In this document: piece after piece, positions 26,798 through 36,693 of the stretch
Position numbering within the stretch: the stretch's first letter is position 1
Layout: every line of letters starts with the position of its first letter
DNA from: an uncultured delta proteobacterium
GTDB lineage: Bacteria > Myxococcota_A > UBA9160 > UBA4427
DNA: 64,000 bases
Assembly (NCBI GenBank): GCA_963822965.1
Contig: CAWGJT010000001.1
Location: 64,001 to 128,000 of the forward strand
Reading direction: 5' to 3'
Made by a program: the position numbers and the translations under genes
The notes under the pieces: generated by a model
Databases searched by the model: none
What the model was told of the DNA's origin: nothing
Seen by the model: the letters and a program-made list of their open reading frames with translations, nothing else

Positions 26798-27940
26798 GAG
26801 ACCTCCCGCGGCCGGCGGCGCCTGGCGCTGCCCCCGTCGAGCCGCGCCTGCCAATGCCAGTCCGGCCCCAGGGCCCGTCCCTGGATCGATCCGAGCCGGA
26901 CCGCATCGGACAGGTGCTCGAGCCCGAGATCCCCCAACGCCGGACGGGCATCCCCCCCGAGCAGCAACGGCGCCTGGATCCAGTGCAGCTCGTCCACCAA
27001 CCCCGCACGGAGTAGCGCGGCCGCGAGCTTTCCGCCGCCTTCGACGAGGAGGGTCGTGAGTCCGGCGGCCCCGAGGGCCTGCAGGGCAGCCCCGAGATCG
27101 AGGCCGTCGCCCCGGGTCCGCACCGGCAGGAGCCTGGCCCCGAGCGCCTCACGGCGCCGACCGCCCCGGGCGCCCCGCCGGGTGAGGACGAGCGTGGGAA
27201 CCCCGGGCAGATCGCGATAGAGCGTGGAGTCCGGCGGCACGCGCAGGCGCGAGTCCACCAGCACGCGCACGGGGCGGTGGATCACCCGCTCGCCCCGGCG
27301 GGCCGTCAGGGCCGGATCGTCGGCCAGGGCGGTGCCCGAGCCCACCATCAGCCCGTCCGTGCGGGAGCGCAGGCGGTGCACGAAGCGGCGCGCGCAGCGG
27401 CCCGGTGATCCAGCGCGACTCGCCGCTGGCGGTGGCGATGCGGCCGTCCAGGGACGTGGCGAGCTTGAGAGTCACGAAGGGACGGCCGCGCTCGCACAGG
27501 CTGAAGAAGCCGCGGTGCAGCTCGTGACAGGACTCTGCCAGCACACCCGTCTCCACCCGGATCCCCGCTCGCCGCAGCCGCCGGATGCCGCGGCCTCCCA
27601 CCCGGGGATGGGGATCCCGGCAGCCCACGTAGACCCGGGAGAGCCCGGCTTCGATCACCGCCTCGGTGCACGGCCCGGTGCGCCCCGTGTGGCAGCACGG
27701 CTCGAGGGTGACGGCCAGCGCGGCGCCGCGCAGGGAGTGCCCCGCCCGGCGCGCCGCCGCGATCGCCACCACCTCGGCATGCGCGCCCGGCGGCGGCCGC
27801 GTGCGCCCCGTGGCCAGCACCTCGCCGCCGCGGAAGATCACCGCGCCGACGCTCGGGTTCGGGAAGGTGCGGCCGAGGCCCCGCCGCGCCCGGGAGATCG
27901 CCAGGCGCATGGCCTCTTCGGGGCTCACCCGGAGCGTCAT
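26794..27940 (-). pseudogene. ribD: RibD deaminase/reductase, frameshifted near 27395 (real lesion or sequencing error)
   Basis: Deaminase motifs HAEV and LEPCCHTGRTGPC plus KLATSLDGRIA...SRWITG in one frame; HRLR...DDPALTAR...LVEGGG in another; ATG-to-stop span of 1147 nt is 3n+1. Confidence 0.85.
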
Positions 27941-28434
27941 TCCTCGGGTTCGGGCGCCGGCGGCCCCACGCCCGGCGCCTTCTCGGAGCGCTCGACGGAC
28001 TCGAAGAACGCCGCGTACTCGTCCGGGGTCTGGAAGCTGCGGAAGACCGACGCGAAGCGGACCGCGGCAAGGGGATCGATGGCGGTCAGCTCCTCCATCA
28101 CCCGCTCGCCGAGACGGTGGCTCTCGATCTCCTTCTCGCCCGTCTCCTGGAGCCAGCGCTCGATGCGATCGATCACGCGCTCGATGGCGTCGGTCCGGAT
28201 CGGCCGTTTGACGCAGGCATGATCGATGCCCCGCAGCAGCTTCTCCCGCGCGTAGTCCTCGCGGCGTTCGTCGCGCTTGATGATCCGCGGCAGCACCAGC
28301 TCGGCGCGCTCCCGGGTCGTGAAGCGACGACCGCACTCCTCGCACTCCCGCCGACGCCGGATCTCCTCGCCGCCCGCCGCCATGCGGGTATCGACGACCC
28401 GGCTCGCGTCGTCACCGCAATAGGGGCAGCGCAA
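27937..28434 (-). CDS. nrdR: Transcriptional repressor NrdR
   Basis: RCPYCG...RRRRECEECGRRFTTRE Zn ribbon plus ATP cone, VRFASVFRSF. Confidence 0.95.
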   Translation of the reverse strand: MRCPYCGDDASRVVDTRMAAGGEEIRRRRECEECGRRFTTRERAELVLPRIIKRDERREDYAREKLLRGIDHACVKRPIRTDAIERVIDRIERWLQETGEKEIESHRLGERVMEELTAIDPLAAVRFASVFRSFQTPDEYAAFFESVERSEKAPGVGPPAPEPEE

Positions 28435-28441
28435 GCGAACT

Positions 28442-28501
28442 CCTCTCGCCCTTGGACCTCTCGCCCTTGGACCTCTCGCCCTTGGACCTCTCGCCCTTGG
28501 A
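28442..28501. repeat. Perfect 15-bp tandem repeat, 4 copies, filling the glyA-nrdR spacer
   Basis: CCTCTCGCCCTTGGA x4. Confidence 0.95.
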
Positions 28502-29770
28502 TCAGTCGTCCTCGGACCAGCGCGACGTGTAGAGCGGGAAGCGCCGGCACAGCATCTCCACCTCTTCGCGCACGGCGTCGAGCTCCTCCACGTCCCCCGG
28601 ATTCGAGAGCACCCGGCGGATGAAGCTCGCGATCTGGGCCATCTCGGGCTCGCGCATGCCCCGGGTGGTCACGGCGGGCGTGCCGATGCGGATGCCCGAG
28701 GTGACCATCGGCTTGCGCGGATCGAAGGGCACCATGTTCTTGTTCGCGGTGATGCCTGCACGGTCGAGCGCCGTCTGCGCCATCTTGCCCGTGGTGTCGC
28801 GGTCGACCAGCGAGAGCAGGAAGAGATGGTTGTCGGTGCCGCCCGAGACCACCTGGAAGCCGCCTCCCACGACGGCTTCGCACAGCGCCTTCGCGTTGGC
28901 GACGATCTGCTGGCAGTAGCCCTGAAACTCGGGCGACAGCGCCTCCCGGAACGCAACGGCCTTGCCGGCGATGACGTGCATCAGCGGCCCGCCCTGCAGT
29001 CCCGGGAAGATGGCGCTGTCGATGCGCTTCGCCCAGTCCTGGTCGCACAGGATCAACCCGCCGCGCGGACCGCGCAGGGTCTTGTGGGTGGTGGTGGTGA
29101 CGATCTGTGCGAAGCCCTTCGGGCTCGGGTGCACGCCGGCCGCGACGAGGCCCGCGATGTGTGCGATGTCCGCGAACAGCACCGCGCCCACCTCGTCGGC
29201 GATCTCCCGGAACTTCGCGAAGTCGATCACGCGCGAATACGCAGTGGCCCCGCACTGGATGAGCTTGGGGCGGTGCTCCCGGGCGAGCCGCCCCAGCTCG
29301 TCGTAGTCGATGCGCTCGTCCGCCCGCGAGACGCCGTAGGGGACGATCCGGTAGTTCTTGCCCGAGAAGTTCACGGGGCTGCCGTGGGTGAGGTGACCGC
29401 CGTGGTCGAGGTTCATGGCGAGGATCGTGTCCCCGTGATCCAGCGCGGCCTGGTAGACGGCCGCGTTCGCCTGCGAGCCCGAGTGGGGCTGCACGTTGGC
29501 GTGATCCATCCCGAAGAGCTGCTTGGCCCGCTCGATGGCGAGCCCCTCGATCTCGTCGACGATCTCGCAGCCGCCGTAGTAGCGGCGGCCGGGGTAGCCC
29601 TCGGCGTACTTGTTGGTGAGCACCGAGCCCACCGCTTCGAGCACCGCCTCGGAGACGAAGTTCTCGGACGCGATCAGCTCGATGGAGAGCCCCTGGCGCT
29701 TCGCCTCCTTGCGGACGAGGGCCGAGACTTCCGGATCCGTGCTCTCGAGGTGGGGGGTGTTCGTTGCCAC
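28502..29770 (-). CDS. glyA: Serine hydroxymethyltransferase
   Basis: [43 protein letters not shown]. Confidence 0.98.
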   Translation of the reverse strand: MATNTPHLESTDPEVSALVRKEAKRQGLSIELIASENFVSEAVLEAVGSVLTNKYAEGYPGRRYYGGCEIVDEIEGLAIERAKQLFGMDHANVQPHSGSQANAAVYQAALDHGDTILAMNLDHGGHLTHGSPVNFSGKNYRIVPYGVSRADERIDYDELGRLAREHRPKLIQCGATAYSRVIDFAKFREIADEVGAVLFADIAHIAGLVAAGVHPSPKGFAQIVTTTTHKTLRGPRGGLILCDQDWAKRIDSAIFPGLQGGPLMHVIAGKAVAFREALSPEFQGYCQQIVANAKALCEAVVGGGFQVVSGGTDNHLFLLSLVDRDTTGKMAQTALDRAGITANKNMVPFDPRKPMVTSGIRIGTPAVTTRGMREPEMAQIASFIRRVLSNPGDVEELDAVREEVEMLCRRFPLYTSRWSEDD

Positions 29771-29874
29771 GGTGCTTCTCCGGCTCGCCTGGGGGGAGAG
29801 CTTTGGGACCAGCAGACTGCGGGCCGGGTGCACGGGCAGGGTCCGGAGGCACCTCGTGTCCGGCTCCGCAGGGT

Positions 29875-30111
29875 CTACGCTTCGATGGCTTCCTTCAAGT
29901 AGTCGATCGCGTCTCCGATCGTCTGGATCTTCTCCGCGTCCTCGTCGGGGATCTCGATGTCGAACTCTTCCTCGAGCGACATCACGAGCTCCACGATGTC
30001 CAGGGAGTCTGCGCCCAGGTCATCGATGAACGATGCTCCGAGCACCGCCTCCTCCTTGGAGACACCCAGCTGCTCGACGATGAGATCCGTCACCCGGTCT
30101 TCCAATGCCAT
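29875..30111 (-). CDS. acpP: Acyl carrier protein
   Basis: [20 protein letters not shown]. Confidence 0.97.
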   Translation of the reverse strand: MALEDRVTDLIVEQLGVSKEEAVLGASFIDDLGADSLDIVELVMSLEEEFDIEIPDEDAEKIQTIGDAIDYLKEAIEA

Positions 30112-30204
30112 CCAGAGAGCCTCCACGCCGACGGGGCGCGTCGTTCAGGTTGCCAGAGCCTCGGCCTTTCGGAAAACGGCCGCAAGCAGATTGCCAGGGC
30201 CGTC

Positions 30205-31179
30205 TCAGTCGGGCTCCCCGGCCAGAAACGCCTGCACCTCTCCCAGATCCCCCAGGCCCCCGAAGGCCGCTCGTCGGCTCCGGCGGTCGATGCGCGCCAC
30301 GAGTCCGGAGAGCACCCGGCCCGGTCCCACCTCGAGGAACCGGTCGACACCCAGGGTCGCGAGCTTCTCCACCATCTCGGTGAAGCGTACCGGGGCCGTC
30401 ACCTGCTCCTCGAGCAGCGCCGCCATCCGGCCCGCGTCCGCGTTCGGCTCCGCCTCGACGTTGGTCACCACCGGCGGCTGCGCGCCGCGGAACGCGATGG
30501 ACTTCATCTCGGCCGCGAGCTGGCGGGCGGCGGGCGCCATCAACGAGCAGTGGAAGGGCGCGGAGACCTTCAGGGGAACGGACCGCTTGGCACCGCGCTC
30601 GGCGGCGTTGCGGCACGCCAGCTCCACGGCGGCGGCGCTTCCCGCGATGACGGTCTGCTGGGGCGAGTTGTAGTTCGCGGGCGTGACCACTTCGCCGGTC
30701 GCCTCGGCGGCGTCCCGGCAGGCGGCCGCCACCGCCTCGGGGCTGGCGCCGAGCACCGCCGCCATGGCACCCCCACCTTCGGGCACCGCCTGCTGCATGA
30801 AGCGGCCGCGCGCGTGCACGAGGCGCACGGCATCCTCGAGGGACAGCGCCCCGGCGGCCACCAGGGCCGAGTACTCGCCCAGGCTGTGTCCGGCCACGTA
30901 GGCCGGCGCCAGGCGGGCGGACGCGTCCGGGGCCCCTCCGCCGACACGCTCCTCCAGGCAGCGGTACAGCGCGATGCTCGTGGCGAGGATCGCGGGCTGC
31001 TGGATCTCGGTGGCGACGAGGGTGTCCTCGGGCCCCTCGAAGCAGAGGTGCGAGAGCGAGAAGCCCAGGGCCTCGTCGGCCGCTTCGAATACGGCGCGGG
31101 CGGCGGAGGACGCCTCGAAGACGTCGCGCCCCATCCCGACCTCCTGAGCGCCCTGCCCCGGAAACAGGAGAGCCAGCAC
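30205..31179 (-). CDS. fabD: Malonyl-CoA:ACP transacylase
   Basis: FPGQGAQ, GHSLGEY, VSAPFH, EVGPGRVLSGL. Confidence 0.96.
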   Translation of the reverse strand: MLALLFPGQGAQEVGMGRDVFEASSAARAVFEAADEALGFSLSHLCFEGPEDTLVATEIQQPAILATSIALYRCLEERVGGGAPDASARLAPAYVAGHSLGEYSALVAAGALSLEDAVRLVHARGRFMQQAVPEGGGAMAAVLGASPEAVAAACRDAAEATGEVVTPANYNSPQQTVIAGSAAAVELACRNAAERGAKRSVPLKVSAPFHCSLMAPAARQLAAEMKSIAFRGAQPPVVTNVEAEPNADAGRMAALLEEQVTAPVRFTEMVEKLATLGVDRFLEVGPGRVLSGLVARIDRRSRRAAFGGLGDLGEVQAFLAGEPD

Positions 31180-31185
31180 GATCGC

Positions 31186-31368
31186 CTAGTCCTCTTCGGT
31201 CTCGACGATGGTCCGACCGCGGTAGCTCCCGCAGTTCGGACACACGCGGTGCGGCTGCTTGGGCGCACTGCACTGGGGGCACACGCTCATGCCCGGTGCG
31301 GTGAGCGCGTGGTGGCTGCGGCGCTTGTCGCGCTTGGCCTTCGAGGTCTTTCGCTTGGGAACGGCCAT
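31186..31368 (-). CDS. rpmF: 50S ribosomal protein L32
   Basis: [19 protein letters not shown]...CPQC...[10 protein letters not shown]. Confidence 0.97.
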   Translation of the reverse strand: MAVPKRKTSKAKRDKRRSHHALTAPGMSVCPQCSAPKQPHRVCPNCGSYRGRTIVETEED

Positions 31369-31958
31369 CAGGACCTTCCTCCACTGCCTTCGTCGGGGTA
31401 ACGGTCGCGAAGCGCGGCCAGGACCGCGAACGGCGACGGGGGTTTCACTTCTTCGCAGCCGCACTCCTCACGATTGCGGTCCGCACCACAGCGCGGGCAC
31501 AGCCCCCGGCAGCTCTCGTCGCAGAGCGGCTGCAGGGGGAGCGCCAGCGAGATCAGCTCCGTGAAGAAGGCATCGAGGTCGATCTCCTGACCACGATACC
31601 AGCCGAGCTCGAGGTCATCGCCGAGGCACATCCCGTCCCTCTCGAGAGCCAGGGCACCCTCGGGATCGGACGGCTGTCGCTCCCGAGCCGGCTCCAGAAC
31701 CAGCCGAAAGCGCTCGGAAAGCGCGTGACGATAGCGCCGCAGACAGCGGCCGCACTCCACCTCGATGGCCCCCTCGAGCTTCCCCGCGAGGAAGACGTCC
31801 TCCCCCACCTGGTAGGCCTGCATCTCGAAGCGAAACGGCTCGGCCACGTCGTAGGCGAGCTCGCGCGACTCGACGACCTGCTCCTGCCACCAGGCGGGCG
31901 ACGCTTCGAACTCGAGAGCGACCGGGGTCTCGTCGAGTCGATCGACCTGGAGCTTCAT
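31368..31958 (-). CDS. yceD: YceD/DUF177 family protein
   Basis: [31 protein letters not shown]; directly upstream of rpmF. Confidence 0.92.
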   Translation of the reverse strand: MKLQVDRLDETPVALEFEASPAWWQEQVVESRELAYDVAEPFRFEMQAYQVGEDVFLAGKLEGAIEVECGRCLRRYRHALSERFRLVLEPARERQPSDPEGALALERDGMCLGDDLELGWYRGQEIDLDAFFTELISLALPLQPLCDESCRGLCPRCGADRNREECGCEEVKPPSPFAVLAALRDRYPDEGSGGRS

Positions 31959-32202
31959 GGGACTTCCTCGGGATCCGTCCGGCCCCGCATCGGGGGCCCA
32001 ACGGGACTGCAGTCGGGAACGGGCCGGGTGGGGGATCCAGCCTGGGGCCGGGGTCGGGAGGCTAGCAGGCCGCAAGCGAGCCCGAAGGGCCTCGCCCACG
32101 GCTAGCAGGCCGACCCCCAAGATGGGGGTCGGCATGCGCCGCGCGCGAATCCGGGCCGGATCCGCTGCGCGCGCCGGGAGCCGAGCCTATGCTCGCCGCC
32201 CC

Positions 32203-33624
32203 ATGACCTCCGACCACCACCCCGTCCGGGTCCGCTTCGCGCCCAGCCCCACGGGGTTCCTCCACATCGGGAGCGCGCGCACCGCGCTCTTCAACTGGGC
32301 CTACGCGCGCCACCAGGGCGGCGTGTACGTGCTGCGCATCGAGGACACCGACCGGGACCGCTCGACCGAGGAGTCGGAGCGGCAGCTTCTCGAGGGCATG
32401 GCCTGGCTCGGTATCGACTGGGACGAGGGACCGTACCGGCAGAGCGAGCGGGGCGAGCGCCACCGGGAGGCCGTCACCCTCCTGCTCGAGAAGGGGCGGG
32501 CCTACCGCTGCGTGTGCACGCGCGAGCAGCTCGAGGAGCGCCGCGAGCGCACCATCGCCGCCGGGGGCAAGTGGACCTACGACGGGCTGTGCCGGGACCG
32601 GGACTACGGACCCGACTGCGGCGAGCACACGGTACGGCTTCGCCTTCCCGCCGCCGGCGCGCTGGCGTGGGACGATCTGGTGTTCGGACCCAGCGGCCAG
32701 GACGCCAGCGAGATCGGCGACCGCATCATCCAGCGGGCCGACGGCACCGCGCTCTACCACCTCGCGGGCGTGGTGGACGACCTCGACATGCACATCACCC
32801 ACGTCATCCGCGGCGCGGACCACCTGCCCAACACGCCGTTCCACGTGGCGCTCTACCAGGCCCTGGACGCGACGCCGCCCGTCTTCGCCCACGTGCCGCT
32901 CATCCTCGGCGAGTCGGGAAAGAAGCTCTCGAAGCGGCGCGACCCGGTCTCCGTGCAGCACTTCCGCGCCGAGGGCTTCCTGGCGGACGCCCTGCGCAAC
33001 TGGATCGTTCGGCTGGGCTGGTCCCACGGCGACCAGGAGGTGTTCTCCCGGGACGAGATCGCGGCGCTCTTCGGCCTGGAAGGGGTGGGGCGTTCGGGCG
33101 CCCGGGCCGACGCCGCCAAGCTCGCCTGGCTGAACCACCACTACATCCAGACGCTGCCGCGAGACGAGCTGGTCGACCTGGTGGAGCCCTTCCTGGCCGC
33201 CGAGCTCGGTCACCCCGTCGAGCGCCGAGAAGCGCTGGCCCGGCTGGTCGACCTGAACCGGCAGCGAGGCCATACCCTGGTCGAGCTCGCCCGACACACG
33301 GCCTGGCTCGACCGGAAGCCCGTCCGCTTCGACGAGAAGGCCGCGCGCAAGCACCTCGCCAGCGAGACCGCCGCCCTGCTGAAGGAGCTGGGCGAACGCC
33401 TGTCGGCGCTGGCGTCCTGGGACGAAGCGGACCTGGCGGGCGTGTTCGAGGCACTGTGTACCGAGCACGACCTCAAGATGGGCAAGCTCGCCCAGCCGGT
33501 CCGGGTGGCCCTCACCGGGGGCACGATCTCCCCCGGAATCTACGAGACCCTGGCCGTGGTCGGCCGCGACGAGAGCCTCGCCCGAATCGCCGCCGCCGCC
33601 ACCCGAGCCACCACCCCGCCGTAG
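32203..33624 (+). CDS. gltX: Glutamate--tRNA ligase
   Basis: RFAPSPTGFLHIG (HIGH), RIEDTD, THVIRGADH, KLSKR (KMSKS), anticodon-binding domain. Confidence 0.96.
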   Translation: MTSDHHPVRVRFAPSPTGFLHIGSARTALFNWAYARHQGGVYVLRIEDTDRDRSTEESERQLLEGMAWLGIDWDEGPYRQSERGERHREAVTLLLEKGRAYRCVCTREQLEERRERTIAAGGKWTYDGLCRDRDYGPDCGEHTVRLRLPAAGALAWDDLVFGPSGQDASEIGDRIIQRADGTALYHLAGVVDDLDMHITHVIRGADHLPNTPFHVALYQALDATPPVFAHVPLILGESGKKLSKRRDPVSVQHFRAEGFLADALRNWIVRLGWSHGDQEVFSRDEIAALFGLEGVGRSGARADAAKLAWLNHHYIQTLPRDELVDLVEPFLAAELGHPVERREALARLVDLNRQRGHTLVELARHTAWLDRKPVRFDEKAARKHLASETAALLKELGERLSALASWDEADLAGVFEALCTEHDLKMGKLAQPVRVALTGGTISPGIYETLAVVGRDESLARIAAAATRATTPP

Positions 33625-33660
33625 CGGCCGCGGACGGCGAAGCACGGCCCAAAGCCACCC

Positions 33661-33760
33661 GAAAGCGAGCCCTCAGCGCAGCGAAGCGGCGGCCCACGGC
33701 CGCGCCGAGCGGAATCGAGCCTTCAGCCCAGCGGAGCGCGGCCATCGGCCGCGCGGAGCG
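33661..33760 (-). repeat. Two degenerate, about 50-bp hairpin repeats immediately 3' of tRNA-Gln
   Basis: Minus strand: CGCTCCGCGCGGCCGATGGCCGCGCTCCGCTGGGCTGAAGGCTCGATTC then CGCTCGGCGCGGCCGTGGGCCGCCGCTTCGCTGCGCTGAGGGCTCGCTTTC. Confidence 0.75.
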
Positions 33761-33764
33761 AAAA

Positions 33765-33838
33765 TGGTTCCCCAGCGAGGATTCGAACCTCGATTCGCGG
33801 ATTCAGAGTCCGCCGTCCTGCCGTTAGACGACCGGGGA
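33765..33838 (-). tRNA. tRNA-Gln(CTG)
   Basis: Cloverleaf: acceptor TCCCCGG/CTGGGGA, anticodon arm GCGGA-CTCTGAA-TCCGC, T arm CGAGG-TTCGAAT-CCTCG, encoded CCA. Confidence 0.97.
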
Positions 33839-33849
33839 ACAGGCGCAGG

Positions 33850-33878
33850 AGATTAGAGGACCGGGCCACGATCCTCAA
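33850..33878 (-). promoter_or_regulatory. Putative sigma70 promoter of tRNA-Gln
   Basis: TTGAGG-17 nt-TAATCT on the minus strand just upstream of the tRNA. Confidence 0.6.
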
Positions 33879-33890
33879 TCCGCACCCGGC

Positions 33891-34763
33891 TCACAGCAGC
33901 CACCCGCGGAGCGGGAAGAGCAGCGCCGCCAGGGCCCCGGCGGCCAGGGCGGGGCCGAAGCCGAAGGGCGCGTTCAGCTTGCGGGTCACCGCCGCGAAGC
34001 CGAGGCCGAGGACGAGGCCCAGGATCGACGCCGCCACGATGGTCTCGAGGACGCCCCAGGGCCCTAGAAAGGCGCCGATCATGGCCAGCAGCTTCACGTC
34101 GCCCAGCCCCATGCCGGGAAACCACAGCCAGTAGTCGGCGCTCGTCGGCCCGGGAGGCTCGGCGCCCTCCCCCGGCCAGTGCTCGAACGTGCGGCCCAAC
34201 CCCACCGAGAGCCGGGCGTGGACGAAGGCGACGGTCCACAGGAGCCCGCCCCCGAGCGCGGCCCCGACGACGCTTTCCTGCAGCGCCTCCACGTAGGCTC
34301 CCCCGTCCAGGGTCGCCGCCAGGGGGACCGTCAGCAGGCCCGCCACGAGCCCGCCCACGGAGATCTCGTCCGGGATGATCTGGTGGTCGAAGTCGATCAG
34401 CGCGGCGGCGACCAGCGCCGCGGCAAAGAGGGCGTAGAGCGGCGCCTGCCATCCCGGCCCGAAGCGCCACGCGACGGCGGCGAACACGAGCGCCGTGAAC
34501 AGCTCGACGGTCGGGTAGCGCAGGGAGATGCGCGCGCCGCAGCCGCGGCAGCGCCCGCGCAGCAGCAGGTACGAGACGACCGGGAGGTTGTCCCACGCGC
34601 GGATCGGCGCGCCGCAGCCCGGACACCGGGAGCCCGGCGAGACGATCGAGTGGCCGGTGGGGAGCCGGTACACGACCACGTTCAGGAACGAGCCAATGGC
34701 CAGGCCGTAGACGAACGCGAACCCGATCCACCAGGCCGGCTCGACGGTCGCTTGCACCTCCAC
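33891..34763 (-). CDS. pilD: Type IV prepilin peptidase/N-methyltransferase
   Basis: [18 protein letters not shown]...GRCRGC...[29 protein letters not shown]. Confidence 0.95.
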   Translation of the reverse strand: MEVQATVEPAWWIGFAFVYGLAIGSFLNVVVYRLPTGHSIVSPGSRCPGCGAPIRAWDNLPVVSYLLLRGRCRGCGARISLRYPTVELFTALVFAAVAWRFGPGWQAPLYALFAAALVAAALIDFDHQIIPDEISVGGLVAGLLTVPLAATLDGGAYVEALQESVVGAALGGGLLWTVAFVHARLSVGLGRTFEHWPGEGAEPPGPTSADYWLWFPGMGLGDVKLLAMIGAFLGPWGVLETIVAASILGLVLGLGFAAVTRKLNAPFGFGPALAAGALAALLFPLRGWLL

Positions 34764-34870
34764 CTCCCTCGCCCGGCCAGCCTAGCAGCCCGAACCGGGA
34801 TGGGTCGGCTCGCGGAGCGACCGGATCCCGCGGATTCGTCGGCTCGTCGAGGGAGCCCAGGGACCCTCCC

Positions 34871-35641
34871 TCAGCGGAAGTCGCGCCGTGAGAACAGGTA
34901 GCTCGCAAAGACGAGCAGCCCCGTCGCGTAGGCGAAGCCGTAGAGCACCGCCCAGGCCACCTCGCTCGTCGCGATCGGCAGCTGGTGCACCGCCTCGGTC
35001 GTGACGTTGAAGCTCTCGAGGTCGGGCAGCACCTCGAACAGGAAGCTCGCAATCGGCTTGAGGGCGTCGATCTGGGCCTGCAGACCGAGCTGGCGCAGGT
35101 CACGCGAGAGGTGTCCCAGCAAGTACACGCCCACGGTGAAGAGAGAGGCGAGCATGGGCGTCGTGAAGGACGAGAAGAGCGTCGCAATCGCCACCATCAC
35201 GACCAGCTCCATCGCGATCAGCCCGAACGCCGTCAGGTGCCCGCCGTCGAGGGGCGCGCCGTAGCCCAGGGAGACGACCGCGAAGGCCACCCCCATCACC
35301 CCCAGCATCAGCCAGGTGGTGAAGACGAGACCCACGTACTTCCCCAGCAGGAACTCGACGCGCGAGACCGGCTTCGACAGAATCGTGTAGATCGTCCGGC
35401 GCTCCACCTCGCCGTGGATGAGCCCGACGCCGACGAAGACGCCGATGCCCACGCTCATGAGCCGGATCGCGGCCAGGCCGACGTCCTGCAGGATGCGCTC
35501 GCCTTCGACGTACGAGAGGGTCGAGACCAGCACGCCCGTGGCGATCAACACGATCGCGAAGAAGAGCAGCGTGTAGAGGAGCTTGTTTCGGATCGCCTCC
35601 CGGACGGTGTTCGCGGCGATCGCGCCGATTCGAAGCATCAT
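34871..35641 (-). CDS. ABC transporter permease (Myxococcus PilI-like)
   Basis: IAANTVREAIRNK, EVERRTIYTILSKPVSR...LGKY, FSRRDF; multi-TM. Confidence 0.88.
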   Translation of the reverse strand: MMLRIGAIAANTVREAIRNKLLYTLLFFAIVLIATGVLVSTLSYVEGERILQDVGLAAIRLMSVGIGVFVGVGLIHGEVERRTIYTILSKPVSRVEFLLGKYVGLVFTTWLMLGVMGVAFAVVSLGYGAPLDGGHLTAFGLIAMELVVMVAIATLFSSFTTPMLASLFTVGVYLLGHLSRDLRQLGLQAQIDALKPIASFLFEVLPDLESFNVTTEAVHQLPIATSEVAWAVLYGFAYATGLLVFASYLFSRRDFR

Positions 35642-36693
35642 GATCGCGGGCCCTCCGTTCCGGCCGCGTCGCCGCGCCGGAACGAGGGGCGTCCCGCCGG
35701 CGCAGGATCGTGCGGCGCGTGCACCGGCCGAGCGCCCTCGCCCGGCGAATCGTGCTCGCCCTCCTCGACGGCCGTCATGAAGATCCTCTCGAGGGACGCG
35801 CGCTCAGGGGTGAGCGACACGACGTCGGCCCCCGAGGCGAGCACGAGCTGCAGGGCTTCGCGCACGTGCTTCTCCTCGAGGCGCACCGCGATACGCTCCC
35901 CGTGTCCGCGAAGCTCGCCATCGAGCTCTTCTTCGATTCGTTGGGCCACCTCGGGCGCGATGCCCGCGATCACCAGCTCGTTCATGTGCGCTCCTTCGCG
36001 GATGAACGCCTCGATGCGTCCCTCGTAGCGGATGCGACCGTGGACGATCACCGCCACGCGATCGCAGACCATCTCCACGTCCGAGAGGATGTGGGTGTTC
36101 ATGAAGACCGTCTTGCCGTCGCCGCGCAGCCGCAGGATCAGGTTGCGGATCTCCATGCGGCCGATGGGGTCGAGCCCGCTCATCGGCTCGTCGAGGAAGA
36201 TGACGTCCGGGTCGTGCACCAGCGCCTGGGCGATGCCGACGCGCTGGAGCATGCCCTTCGAGTAGGTGCGCAGGCGAGCGTCCGCGGCCTGGCCGAGACC
36301 GACCCACTCGAGGAGGGTCTGCACGCGCTCGTCCCGACCCCTGCCCGGCACCCCCGAGAGCTTCGCGTAGAAGCTCAGGATCTCGCGCCCGGTCAGGAAG
36401 TCGTAGAAGTAGGGGTTCTCCGGCAGGAAGCCCACGTGCCGGCGGAACTCCCGCTCGCCCACCTCGTTGCCGAGGATCTCCGCGCATCCGCCGGTGGCCC
36501 GGATCAAGCCCATCAGGATCTTCAGGGTGGTCGTCTTGCCGGCGCCGTTGGGACCCACGAAGCCGAAGATCTCGCCGCGCTTCACCTCGAAGGAGATCCC
36601 GTGGAGCACGCGCTTCACGCGCAGCCCGAAGCCGGGACGGAAGTCCTTCACGACATCCTGAATTCGAACGACGACCGGTTCCTCATGTGCCAT
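35638..36693 (-). CDS. ABC transporter ATPase (Myxococcus PilH-like)
   Basis: [27 protein letters not shown]. Confidence 0.93.
   Translation of the reverse strand: MAHEEPVVVRIQDVVKDFRPGFGLRVKRVLHGISFEVKRGEIFGFVGPNGAGKTTTLKILMGLIRATGGCAEILGNEVGEREFRRHVGFLPENPYFYDFLTGREILSFYAKLSGVPGRGRDERVQTLLEWVGLGQAADARLRTYSKGMLQRVGIAQALVHDPDVIFLDEPMSGLDPIGRMEIRNLILRLRGDGKTVFMNTHILSDVEMVCDRVAVIVHGRIRYEGRIEAFIREGAHMNELVIAGIAPEVAQRIEEELDGELRGHGERIAVRLEEKHVREALQLVLASGADVVSLTPERASLERIFMTAVEEGEHDSPGEGARPVHAPHDPAPAGRPSFRRGDAAGTEGPRS

Noticed and set aside
28442..28501. NrdR box or mini-CRISPR
   Set aside because: Simple direct repeat with no palindrome resembling the NrdR box and no spacers
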